Part shown: positions 17,805 through 26,648 of the stretch, in pieces
Layout of the letters: each line of letters starts with the position of its first letter
How positions within the stretch are numbered: position 1 is the stretch's first letter
Origin: Bacteroidales bacterium
GTDB taxonomy: Bacteria > Bacteroidota > Bacteroidia > Bacteroidales > UBA12481
Assembly: GCA_028686135.1 (NCBI GenBank)
Contig: JAQUCP010000013.1
Coordinates: 9,565 to 73,564 of the forward strand
DNA length: 64,000 nt
Direction of reading: 5' to 3'
Made by a program: the position numbers and the translations under genes
The notes under the pieces: model-generated
The model's database searches: none
What the model was told of the DNA's origin: nothing
Seen by the model: the letters and a program-made list of their open reading frames with translations, nothing else

Positions 17805-18923
17805 TCAAATATATCCCGGAAATTCCAGGTGAACAGGCCCTTTGCCACCTTGTATCTCCCTGGCTAACTGCAACGTATCGGTGAACAGGTGGACCTCATT
17901 GCGAATGGTGATCCCGGTCAGGCCCCGAAGTGCCTCCATAGCCGGATCATCCTCATGGATATGAATCTGAATCAGCGAATATTTGCCTCCCAGGTTCTCG
18001 TTATTGATCGATCGAATCAACGAAGCTAACGCAGCCGTGGAATCATCATGAGCCCACAAGGCCAGGGTGAGCTGAGGCAGAGGCTGATTGTTACTGATGC
18101 GCGCCGGCATCCGGGTAAACAGTGAGACTAAGCGGATCAGCGTAGTCACCAATCTGATTGGCAGCTGCTTTCGGGTTACCCAATAACGCTTGAACGGCTC
18201 CTCGTCCCAGGCTGCCACCACTGCCTTGATCTTGCCATCCAGCCGGGCCACACGAAAAGCACTCAGGTCAAGCCCTCTAATTTCGCGTGTGTAAGCAAGC
18301 AACTGCTCCTCCGTTATCCTGGGTGCCAATCGATATTTCGAATAAAAACGATTGTATAAAGCCACCAGCTCAGGAATATCCCCCGGCTCAGGTACTCCAA
18401 TCGAAAACCGTGGGTCGGGGCGCCGAAAACGAATCGGAACAATATTAAATATCTTATTATCACCCAAGTACAGAGAAGCCGGAATGCCTCCGCGACCTTT
18501 GGTGAAAGCCATAGGAGCCTCATTATTCTTCAATAAGGTAGCTAATCCAAGCCTCACCCCACTGTTCCGCTCCCGCTCCAACACCGGTTTCACCATCCGA
18601 TAGGCCGTGATCCCCTGTCGAAAATCCGGATCTAGCCTGAAATCAAGAAAATAAGCCGTCCTTAACGGTTCATCCCGAAAGTAGAGATCAAAATGTAGCA
18701 CCCCAAGAAGACCAACCACCCGGTCAGCCGATTTGGCTATCGCATGATAAGACTTCTGATCCAACAGCCGATGCATCCGGTTAAACTGCGGAGAACGATC
18801 AGGATACATGGAGATGATGCCCGCTTGAATACAGCGGGGAGATAACTCCAAAACCCCCTTGTTATCGGAGTCTTCGGCCCAGGAAATCTGAATACTCGGT
18901 ATTGTTTTAGTTTTGTTCGGCAT
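17805..18923 (-). CDS. Hypothetical two-domain GNAT-like acyltransferase (paralogue A)
   Basis: This 372-aa protein is clearly alignable by eye with the ORF at 36896-38011. Matching blocks include ISWAEDSDN / LSWRAIGDSEN, DRSPQF / DRSPDLF, RVVGLLGV / RLVGFVMI, KIFNIVPI / RIFNILVL, DIPELVALY / DVPEIVRLL, AVVAAWD / GVCSAWD and EDDPAMEALRGL / EGDPLMEATRGF. Confidence 0.55.
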   Translation of the reverse strand: MPNKTKTIPSIQISWAEDSDNKGVLELSPRCIQAGIISMYPDRSPQFNRMHRLLDQKSYHAIAKSADRVVGLLGVLHFDLYFRDEPLRTAYFLDFRLDPDFRQGITAYRMVKPVLERERNSGVRLGLATLLKNNEAPMAFTKGRGGIPASLYLGDNKIFNIVPIRFRRPDPRFSIGVPEPGDIPELVALYNRFYSKYRLAPRITEEQLLAYTREIRGLDLSAFRVARLDGKIKAVVAAWDEEPFKRYWVTRKQLPIRLVTTLIRLVSLFTRMPARISNNQPLPQLTLALWAHDDSTAALASLIRSINNENLGGKYSLIQIHIHEDDPAMEALRGLTGITIRNEVHLFTDTLQLAREIQGGKGPVHLEFPGYI

Positions 18924-19074
18924 AACCGATTTTTCGACTGATGAATTTACTATTCTTAAACGGATTTAGAAACAACCCCCGATTAAACCACTCCAGTAAG
19001 AAAAAGGCATCCCCATTTACAAAATAATTGAACGGGTCTTTAGTTCATCAAGTTGTAAACTAAGTAAGGTTTTC

Positions 19075-19082
19075 TACCTTTG
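19075..19082 (+). promoter_or_regulatory. TAnnTTTG -7 promoter box (TACCTTTG) for the efflux operon regulator
   Basis: This is an exact motif, 19 nt upstream of the ATG at 19102. Confidence 0.5.
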
Positions 19083-19101
19083 CTGTCCAATTTTTCAGGA
19101 T

Positions 19102-19566
19102 ATGGCAACAGAGGAACAGTTGATGCAGCAACGAATGCTGGTAGAAGAAGTTGGTCGATATTTCGACCAGGAGGGCCACCAACCCATAGCCGGTCGGATT
19201 CTGGGGTTACTGCTGGTCATGGACAAAGAGCTTTACACGTTTGACGAGATCATCGAGGAGTTGAAAATCAGTAAAAGTTCAGCCAGTATTGTCCTCCGAA
19301 ATTTACAGATCAGAGGTAGCATTGAGTACATAACTTTGCCGGGCGATCGGAAGCGGTACTATCGGTTTAAGACCATTGATCCGATCACGCTGTTGAATGA
19401 ATTTGAACGTAAGCTCATCATTCTCAAAGAGATGTCGGAGACTATCGGCCGGTTAAAAAGCAATCCGGAGTCGAGAAACACCGTGTTCCTGCGGGAGATG
19501 TGTCAGATGAGCGACTTTTTCCTGAGCCGGATGAACCATATCAAAGAACAGTATAAAAATCAGTAG
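19102..19566 (+). CDS. MarR/GbsR-like winged-helix transcriptional regulator
   Basis: The 154-aa protein has an HTH region FDEIIEELKISKSSASIVLRNLQIRGSIEY. It is the first gene of the TolC-MFP-RND string. Confidence 0.7.
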   Translation: MATEEQLMQQRMLVEEVGRYFDQEGHQPIAGRILGLLLVMDKELYTFDEIIEELKISKSSASIVLRNLQIRGSIEYITLPGDRKRYYRFKTIDPITLLNEFERKLIILKEMSETIGRLKSNPESRNTVFLREMCQMSDFFLSRMNHIKEQYKNQ

Positions 19567-19576
19567 AGAAGTGTTT

Positions 19577-20959
19577 ATGAAGATAAGAATATTGGCCGCT
19601 GCACTCATCCTGTTTCCCGGAGTGCTCATGGCCCAGACCAAAGGTTTGAAGCTGAACATTCAGGACGCAAAAGATTATGCGCTTCAGAACAACAAGACTT
19701 ATCAGAATGCTCAAGATGATGTTGCCTTGGCAGAAACGCAGATCAAGGAGGCTCGTAGTTCCGGACTACCGCAGATACAGGGGAGTCTGGAATACATGAC
19801 CTATTTTAATTATGAGTTTGATTTTCCCATGGGTGGAGGCGAAACTGAACCCCCTGATATCAACTATTCGCTACTGGATGCTGGTGATTTCGAGATCTTT
19901 AAGATCCTGGAGCAGTTCACAGCACCCAGCACTGGAAACACAATCCTGATGGGCGATCAGGCTAGTGCAAATGTCCAAGTATCTCAGCTGATCTTTAGCG
20001 GTCAATTCTGGGTTGGGATGGAACTTGCCAAACTGGGCGCAGAAATTCAGAGGAAAAGTCTATCACTAACAGCATTAGACATCAAGCAGCAGGTTACGAA
20101 TACGTGCCACCTAATCCTCGTCTCCGAAAAACTGTTGGATGTGATTACTGCCAACGAAGATAACCTGATGGAGGTTGCCCGGCATACCGAAAATATGTAC
20201 AAAGCCGGTCTGGCTGAATCAACCGATGTTGATCAGATTCAGATTAATATCTCGCAGCTTTCGAATTCAAGGAAAGCCATGGAGCGCAATCTGGAACTCA
20301 ATTTCAACATGTTACGGATGCTCCTGGGTGTCGATCCTGGCACCCCGATCGAACTGACTGAGTCGCTCGATACCATCCTGGCCAGAATCAACCAAAACGA
20401 GGTGTTTGGCAGCCGGTTCAATCTGGCAGATAACCTCAATTATCAGATCATGATGAAGCAGGGAATCCTCGGGGAGAAAAACCTCAGCATGCAGAAATGG
20501 GCTTATGCTCCAAACCTGGTGGGGTTTTACACGTACAAAAAAAAGCTCCTCACGACCGCTTTCGACTTGAGTCCTAATCATGCAGCCGGGTTTACCCTGA
20601 ACGTTCCTATCTTTTCCAGCGGAGCGCGTAGCGCACAAACATCAAGAGCTAAAATCGAACTGGAAAAGATAAAACGATCAACTGAACTGCTGGAACAACA
20701 GCTGGAACTGCAAAGAAACCAGCTGAGCTTCTCCCTGAACAGCGCATACGAAAATTATCAAACCCAGAAAGAGAGTGTCGATGTGGCCCGCCGCCTGTTG
20801 GCCAGCATTCAAAATAAATATCAGCAGGGGCTAATTTCTAGCCTTGAATTAACCCAGGCCAATTCCAACTACCTGCAGGCTGAGAATAATTACCTCTCCT
20901 CTGCCCTGGAATTGCTCCAGTCGAAACTCGAAATGGATAAACTGTGCAACCAACTTTAA
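19577..20959 (+). CDS. TolC-family outer-membrane efflux protein
   Basis: It has the signal peptide MKIRILAAALILFPGVLMAQ and a two-repeat OEP architecture. It lies in an operon with the MFP and RND genes. The ATG at 19577 is preferred over the GTG at 19571. Confidence 0.85.
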   Translation: MKIRILAAALILFPGVLMAQTKGLKLNIQDAKDYALQNNKTYQNAQDDVALAETQIKEARSSGLPQIQGSLEYMTYFNYEFDFPMGGGETEPPDINYSLLDAGDFEIFKILEQFTAPSTGNTILMGDQASANVQVSQLIFSGQFWVGMELAKLGAEIQRKSLSLTALDIKQQVTNTCHLILVSEKLLDVITANEDNLMEVARHTENMYKAGLAESTDVDQIQINISQLSNSRKAMERNLELNFNMLRMLLGVDPGTPIELTESLDTILARINQNEVFGSRFNLADNLNYQIMMKQGILGEKNLSMQKWAYAPNLVGFYTYKKKLLTTAFDLSPNHAAGFTLNVPIFSSGARSAQTSRAKIELEKIKRSTELLEQQLELQRNQLSFSLNSAYENYQTQKESVDVARRLLASIQNKYQQGLISSLELTQANSNYLQAENNYLSSALELLQSKLEMDKLCNQL

Positions 20960-20980
20960 CCCGATAATACATCTTTCAAC

Positions 20981-22030
20981 ATGAAATCATTGATAAAAAA
21001 CGGACTGCTTGCAATCATCCTGATTGGCACCTTTTCCTGCAGTCAGACCGGACCAGCAAAACAAACTGGTGAAACGGACGGCCCGACCGCCAGTATCCCG
21101 GTAAAAACAACAAAAATCAGCAGCCAGAGCCTGACTCGAACCCTGGAATACACCGCTAACCTTGTGGCATTCAAAGAGATAAATTACGCACCCTCCTCTC
21201 CCGGCCGAATCGACCAAATCAAGGTTGAAGTAGGAAGCCGGGTGAAAAAAGGGGACATTCTGGTGGAAATTGATAAAACACAATTGATCCAAGCCAAAAC
21301 TCAACTAGCCAGCGCTCAGGACAATTTACAGCGTATCGATACCCTGTACAAGCTTGGAAGCATCTCCGAGCAACAGTACGAAGCAGCCAAAACTCAATAT
21401 GATCTGGCACTTTCCAACGTGGATTATCTAACCCGAAACACAACCCTCAAATCCCCAATTACCGGGATTGTCACCGGTAAATATTTTGAAAATGGCGAAC
21501 TCTATTCGGGTGCACCCAACACCGCCGCAGGGAAAGCTGCAATCCTCTCTCTGATGCAGATCAATCCTTTAAAAGCAATTGTCAGTATCTCTCAAACTTA
21601 TTATGAATCAGTGAAAAACGGGATGAAAGCCTCCATCTCCAGTGACATAATTAAGGACCAAAACTTCGAAGGACGGATCATCAATGTTTATCCAACCCTC
21701 GACCCGGTAACCCGGACTTTCAAGACCGAGATCCTGGTTGACAACCCACAGGAGACCCTTCGCCCGGGAATGTTTGTCACCATCCGCATCGAACTGGGTG
21801 AAGAAGAAACACTGGTCGTTCCGGCAAATGCTGTCCTGAAACAATCCGGCACTAACATTCGGTATCTATTTATTAATGAGAACAATACAGCACGTCGGAT
21901 CGAAGTTGAAATCGGCACCAGGCTGAATAATCAGATCGAAGTGATCTCCTCAGAACTGAAAGAGGGGATGGAGCTGATTGTGGAAGGCCAGGCCCGACTG
22001 CTTCAGGGATCCACAATTCATGTTATTTAA
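20981..22030 (+). CDS. Efflux RND periplasmic adaptor (MFP/HlyD family) lipoprotein
   Basis: The lipobox is LIGTFSCSQ. It has a biotinyl/lipoyl-like hairpin KVEVGSRVKKGDILVEID and a coiled-coil segment. Confidence 0.88.
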   Translation: MKSLIKNGLLAIILIGTFSCSQTGPAKQTGETDGPTASIPVKTTKISSQSLTRTLEYTANLVAFKEINYAPSSPGRIDQIKVEVGSRVKKGDILVEIDKTQLIQAKTQLASAQDNLQRIDTLYKLGSISEQQYEAAKTQYDLALSNVDYLTRNTTLKSPITGIVTGKYFENGELYSGAPNTAAGKAAILSLMQINPLKAIVSISQTYYESVKNGMKASISSDIIKDQNFEGRIINVYPTLDPVTRTFKTEILVDNPQETLRPGMFVTIRIELGEEETLVVPANAVLKQSGTNIRYLFINENNTARRIEVEIGTRLNNQIEVISSELKEGMELIVEGQARLLQGSTIHVI

Positions 22031-22063
22031 CTATTTACTTTCTCCGATTAACGAAAACGTCCA

Positions 22064-25000
22064 ATGAGTATTTATAAAAGTGCCGTAACCAAACCCGTCA
22101 CTACCATCATGGTGTTCCTGGCGGTTATGGTATTTGGCTTCTACTCCCTAAGCAATTTGCCGATCGATCTGTATCCGGATATTGAATTTCCGGCGATCAC
22201 GGTAGTTACCTCCTACAGGGGAGCCAGTGCCGCCGATATCGAGAATAACATTTCCAAACCGATGGAATCCTCCCTCAATGCCATTGATGGTCTTAAGGAG
22301 ATCTCCTCGGTATCCCGCGACAATATCTCGATCGTATCGCTCGAATTTGAATATGAAACTGACCTCAACGAGGCAGCCAATAATATCCGGGATGCCCTGT
22401 CAATCCTGGAAAACGTGCTACCGGAAGAGGCCGACAACCCCATGATCCTGAAACTTCGGGCCAGCATGATGCCAATCCTGATGTTCGCAGTCACCGCCGA
22501 TGAGAGCTATCAGGGCATCGAAAAAACTCTGGAAACATTCATTGTTAACCCGTTGAACAGAATCGAGGGGATTGGATCAATTAACGTCATCGGCCAACCA
22601 GAACGCCAAATCTCGATCGAATTCGACCCACGAAAACTGGAGGCTTATAACCTCAGCGTGGAACAGGTTGGGAATGTGATCGCTGCCGAAAACATGAACA
22701 TGCCGGCAGGAAATCTCAAAATGGGCCAGATGGATTATCCGTTGCGCATCGAAGGAGAATTTCAGAATTCCGATCTGATCAGCGACTTGGTGCTTGGAAG
22801 TTTTAACGGACAAGCGATTTATCTGAGAGATGTCGCTACCGTCCGCGACTCCATCCGGGAGATGTCGATCGATGAGAAAATCAACGGCCAGACTGGTGTT
22901 CGACTCATGGTGACCAAACAATCCGGGGCCAATACGGTGAAAGTAGCCCGCGAAGTCAACCGCGAAATCAAACGGTTGGCAGCCAACCTACCGCCGGACA
23001 TCCAGATCCAGCCCATCATGGACAGCAGCACGTTCATAAAGGGATCGATCAACAACCTGACTGACACCCTTTTGTACGCACTCCTGTTTGTCACCCTCGT
23101 GGTCCTCTTCTTCCTCGGCCGCTGGCGTGCCACCTTTATCATCATCCTGACTATCCCGATATCCCTGATCGTAGCCTTCATCTACCTGTTCGTTTCGGGT
23201 AACTCTATCAACATCATCTCACTCTCCGCCCTGTCTATAGCAATTGGTATGGTCGTTGATGATGCGATTGTGGTCCTGGAGAATATCTCCAAACATATCG
23301 AGCGGGGGAGCACCCCACGCGAAGCAGCCATTTATGCTACCAACGAGGTTTGGCTAGCCGTTATCGTCACCACCCTCACCGTTCTGGCAGTCTTCTTCCC
23401 AATGACATTGATAAAAGGTCTAACCGGAGTGATGTTCAGGCAGTTAGGATGGATCGTGTCGATCACGGTTGTCACCTCCACGATTACCGCTATCAGCCTT
23501 ACCCCGATGCTTAGCGCGAAAATGCTGAAAGTTCGGAAAACCACTAAAAAACCGATCTACGACCGCACCATCATTCCGCTGCTCGATAAGTTGGATGGAT
23601 TTTATGCCCGATCGCTGAAATGGAGTTTGCGGCACAAACGATTTGTGACCATAGCCGCATTTGCCATCTTTATCGGGAGTATGTTTCTAGCCGGCAAACT
23701 GGGGACAGATTTCATGCCCCAGTCGGACGAAGGGCGACTCTCCATCACCGTTGAACTTCAACCTGGTACCCGTTATGAGAAATCCGCTGAATTTGCCCGT
23801 GATTTTGAAGGGTTCCTGAAAGGAATGGACGAGGTAGTCCTGATCTCTGCATCCGCCGGTGCTGATGATGAAGCAGGTATCCAGGCTCTCTTCCAGGGAT
23901 CGGGCTCAAACATAGCCAACTTCACCATCCGGCTACTCGATCGCGAAGACCGGACCCGGACAGTCTGGGACATTGGAGAAGAGATGCGTGTCAAACTGGA
24001 AAGTTACCCCGAAGTGACTCAGTTTAACATCAATACGGGCGGTAACATGATGGGTTCCAACTCAGTAGATCTGGAAATCTACGGATTTGACCTGGATGAG
24101 TCAACCCGACTGGCCAATGAACTGGAAAAAAAGATCAAAGAACTGGAAGGGGCGCGTAACGTACAGATCAGTCGGGAACCGGCACGGCCCGAGCTGCAGG
24201 TTGAACTGGACCGGGTGAAGATGGCCTCGGTCGGTCTTAATACCGCCATGGTTTCCACTGCGTTATACAATAGAGTGACCGGAATGACTGCTACCCGATA
24301 CCGCGAAGAAGGTAACGAGTACGATGTTGTCATCCGGTTAGCCAAGGAATATCGCAGTTCGATCACGGATATTGAAAACATTGCCCTGCAAACAGCCTCC
24401 GGTGCAACCGTCCGCCTTGGTGAGGTTGGCCGGGTCGTGGAACACTGGTCGCCACCAAACATCGAGCATAAACGACTGGAACGCCTGGTCACTGTCTCGG
24501 TCACTCCGTATAAAGTATCCACTGGACAAATGGCCATGCAGTTGGAGCAACTGGTGAAAGAGACTCCGATGCCCCAGGATTTCCTGATCGACATCGGAGG
24601 GTCATACAAAGATCAGCAGGAAGGATTCCAGGATATCGCATTACTATTGGTTCTCAGTCTAATACTGGTGTATCTTGTGATGGCCTCCCAGTTTGAATCA
24701 CTCAAAATGCCATTTATCATCATGTTCTCCATCCCGTTTGCCTTCTCCGGCGCCATCCTGGCTCTGTACATCACCAATACAAGCCTCAGCCTCATTGCCG
24801 CTCTGGGGATGGTTATGCTGGTAGGTATTGTGGTGAAGAACGCTATCGTGCTGGTTGACTACATTAACCTGATGCGCGACCGGGGTTACGAGCTAAACGA
24901 GGCTATCATCCTCTCCGGCCGGTCGAGGCTGCGCCCCGTGCTCATGACAGCCCTGACCACCATTCTAGCTATGATCCCCTTGGCTCTAAGCCAAGGAGAG

Positions 25001-25168
25001 GGGTCTGAACTCTGGAGCCCGATGGGTATCTCCGTGATGGGTGGACTGATATTCTCCACCATTGTCACCATGATCATCGTTCCGGTGGTGTATCGCGTAT
25101 TCGCCGCCAAAGGGGAGCGCGACAAACAGAAAAAGATTCGCCGCAAGTTTGATTTCCTGGATAAATAG
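22064..25168 (+). CDS. RND efflux permease (AcrB/HAE1 family)
   Basis: The 1034-aa protein has 12-TM topology with two large periplasmic loops and conserved GMVVDDAIVVLENI and VGIVVKNAIVLVDY motifs. Confidence 0.93.
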   Translation: MSIYKSAVTKPVTTIMVFLAVMVFGFYSLSNLPIDLYPDIEFPAITVVTSYRGASAADIENNISKPMESSLNAIDGLKEISSVSRDNISIVSLEFEYETDLNEAANNIRDALSILENVLPEEADNPMILKLRASMMPILMFAVTADESYQGIEKTLETFIVNPLNRIEGIGSINVIGQPERQISIEFDPRKLEAYNLSVEQVGNVIAAENMNMPAGNLKMGQMDYPLRIEGEFQNSDLISDLVLGSFNGQAIYLRDVATVRDSIREMSIDEKINGQTGVRLMVTKQSGANTVKVAREVNREIKRLAANLPPDIQIQPIMDSSTFIKGSINNLTDTLLYALLFVTLVVLFFLGRWRATFIIILTIPISLIVAFIYLFVSGNSINIISLSALSIAIGMVVDDAIVVLENISKHIERGSTPREAAIYATNEVWLAVIVTTLTVLAVFFPMTLIKGLTGVMFRQLGWIVSITVVTSTITAISLTPMLSAKMLKVRKTTKKPIYDRTIIPLLDKLDGFYARSLKWSLRHKRFVTIAAFAIFIGSMFLAGKLGTDFMPQSDEGRLSITVELQPGTRYEKSAEFARDFEGFLKGMDEVVLISASAGADDEAGIQALFQGSGSNIANFTIRLLDREDRTRTVWDIGEEMRVKLESYPEVTQFNINTGGNMMGSNSVDLEIYGFDLDESTRLANELEKKIKELEGARNVQISREPARPELQVELDRVKMASVGLNTAMVSTALYNRVTGMTATRYREEGNEYDVVIRLAKEYRSSITDIENIALQTASGATVRLGEVGRVVEHWSPPNIEHKRLERLVTVSVTPYKVSTGQMAMQLEQLVKETPMPQDFLIDIGGSYKDQQEGFQDIALLLVLSLILVYLVMASQFESLKMPFIIMFSIPFAFSGAILALYITNTSLSLIAALGMVMLVGIVVKNAIVLVDYINLMRDRGYELNEAIILSGRSRLRPVLMTALTTILAMIPLALSQGEGSELWSPMGISVMGGLIFSTIVTMIIVPVVYRVFAAKGERDKQKKIRRKFDFLDK

Positions 25169-25181
25169 GAAGATACAAAAC

Positions 25182-25475
25182 ATGAAAGCAGTACTGATTA
25201 TCTTTAACCAAGCCCATACCGAGCGGATCGATTTTATGATCGATCGGTTGGATATAAGAGGCTACACGAAATGGGATACCGTCCAGGGGCGAGGCTCCGT
25301 TGACGGGGAGCCCCGCATGGGCACCCATACCTGGCCGGAAATGAATTCATCGGTTTTAACTATCGTTGAGGAAGAGAAGGTTCCCGATCTGTTGGCGGGC
25401 GTAAAAAAGCTCAATGCCATCAATGAGGAGGTGGGCATCCGGGCTTTTGTCTGGGACATCCTGGAGTCCGTTTAA
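25182..25475 (+). CDS. Small transporter-associated protein (PII-like; resembles what I recall as the PG0541 family)
   Basis: The 97-aa protein starts MKAVLIIFNQAHTERIDFMIDRLDIRGYTKWDTVQGRG... It starts 14 nt after the RND stop codon. The family name is from memory only. Confidence 0.5.
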   Translation: MKAVLIIFNQAHTERIDFMIDRLDIRGYTKWDTVQGRGSVDGEPRMGTHTWPEMNSSVLTIVEEEKVPDLLAGVKKLNAINEEVGIRAFVWDILESV

Positions 25476-25492
25476 ACTGCTATCTTTGATTC

Positions 25493-26608
25493 ATGACCCC
25501 AAAAGAGCGACTCCTCACGGCCCTGAACCGTGGAAAACCCGACCGGCTGCCTGTCTCTATTCATCAATGGCAAGCCTACCATCTCGACCAGTACATGGGC
25601 GGCATCAGCGATCTGGATGCCTTCCGGCTCACCGGTTTAGATGCCCAGATCCAGTATGTGGAAGAGATGGATCAGTTCTGGGTGATTGACCCCGATATGG
25701 ATCGGTTTAATACCAAAACCTGGCGGGACATCCCGGTAGTTATTAACCGGGATCCCGATCAACGGATTGTGCATCACACCATTGATACTCCCGAAGGAAC
25801 ACTCACCTACAAAACCGAGAGTAACCGTAAAACCACCTGGGTTACCGAGTATCTGATCAAACATGATGAGGATATTGAACTGATACGCAAGTATATGCCA
25901 GCACGAAGGCTGGCCCTAGAGCCAGTGGCCAAGCGGTACGATGAGGTGGGTGATGAGGGGATTCTTCGGGGTTATGTCTGGGGCGACCAGGCCGGATGCT
26001 GGCAACATGCCGCCTGCCTGTACGATATCACAGCCCTGATTTACGCCACCTTTGAGAAACCCGACTGGGTTCATGCTTTGATGAAGATTCTGCTGGACAA
26101 GAAACTCACCTTCATCGAATCTATGAAAGGAGCCAAGTTTGACCTGATCGAAACCGGCGGTGGATCAGCCTCCTCAACCGTTATCTCCCCGGCGCTCTTT
26201 GAAGAGTTCTGCCTTCCCTACGACCGTCAAATGCATGATGCCCTCCACGATCTGGGCTTTTTGATCTCCTACCACACTTGTGGCGGAACTGTTGGTATCG
26301 AAGAACTGATCATTCAAACCGGTACCGATGTTTCGGAAACTTTAGCCCCCATCAGCGTCGGAGGGAACCAGGAACCCTGGGATTTCAAACGCAAAGTGGG
26401 CGATCGCCTCGCCGTGATCGGCGGTGTCGATCAGTTCAGCACCCTGGGCGAAGGTCCGGTGGAGAAGATCCAACAAAACGTACGGGAACTATTCGAAAAG
26501 GTTGGGCCAGATGGTGGCTATGTATGCGCTGCCTCCGACCATTTCTTTGATTGCCCACCGGAGCACCTGGTTGCCTTTGCTTTGGCAGCCCGGGAATGCC
26601 GTTATTAA
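25493..26608 (+). CDS. Uroporphyrinogen-decarboxylase (URO-D) family protein, MtaA/CmuA-like, function unknown
   Basis: The 371-aa protein starts MTPKERLLTALNRGKPDRLPV and has ...YHTCGG..., which is typical of PF01208-type proteins. Confidence 0.7.
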   Translation: MTPKERLLTALNRGKPDRLPVSIHQWQAYHLDQYMGGISDLDAFRLTGLDAQIQYVEEMDQFWVIDPDMDRFNTKTWRDIPVVINRDPDQRIVHHTIDTPEGTLTYKTESNRKTTWVTEYLIKHDEDIELIRKYMPARRLALEPVAKRYDEVGDEGILRGYVWGDQAGCWQHAACLYDITALIYATFEKPDWVHALMKILLDKKLTFIESMKGAKFDLIETGGGSASSTVISPALFEEFCLPYDRQMHDALHDLGFLISYHTCGGTVGIEELIIQTGTDVSETLAPISVGGNQEPWDFKRKVGDRLAVIGGVDQFSTLGEGPVEKIQQNVRELFEKVGPDGGYVCAASDHFFDCPPEHLVAFALAARECRY

Positions 26609-26648
26609 TAACAAACTCTCGTCACCGAAATCCTCCAATAGCCCCCTG

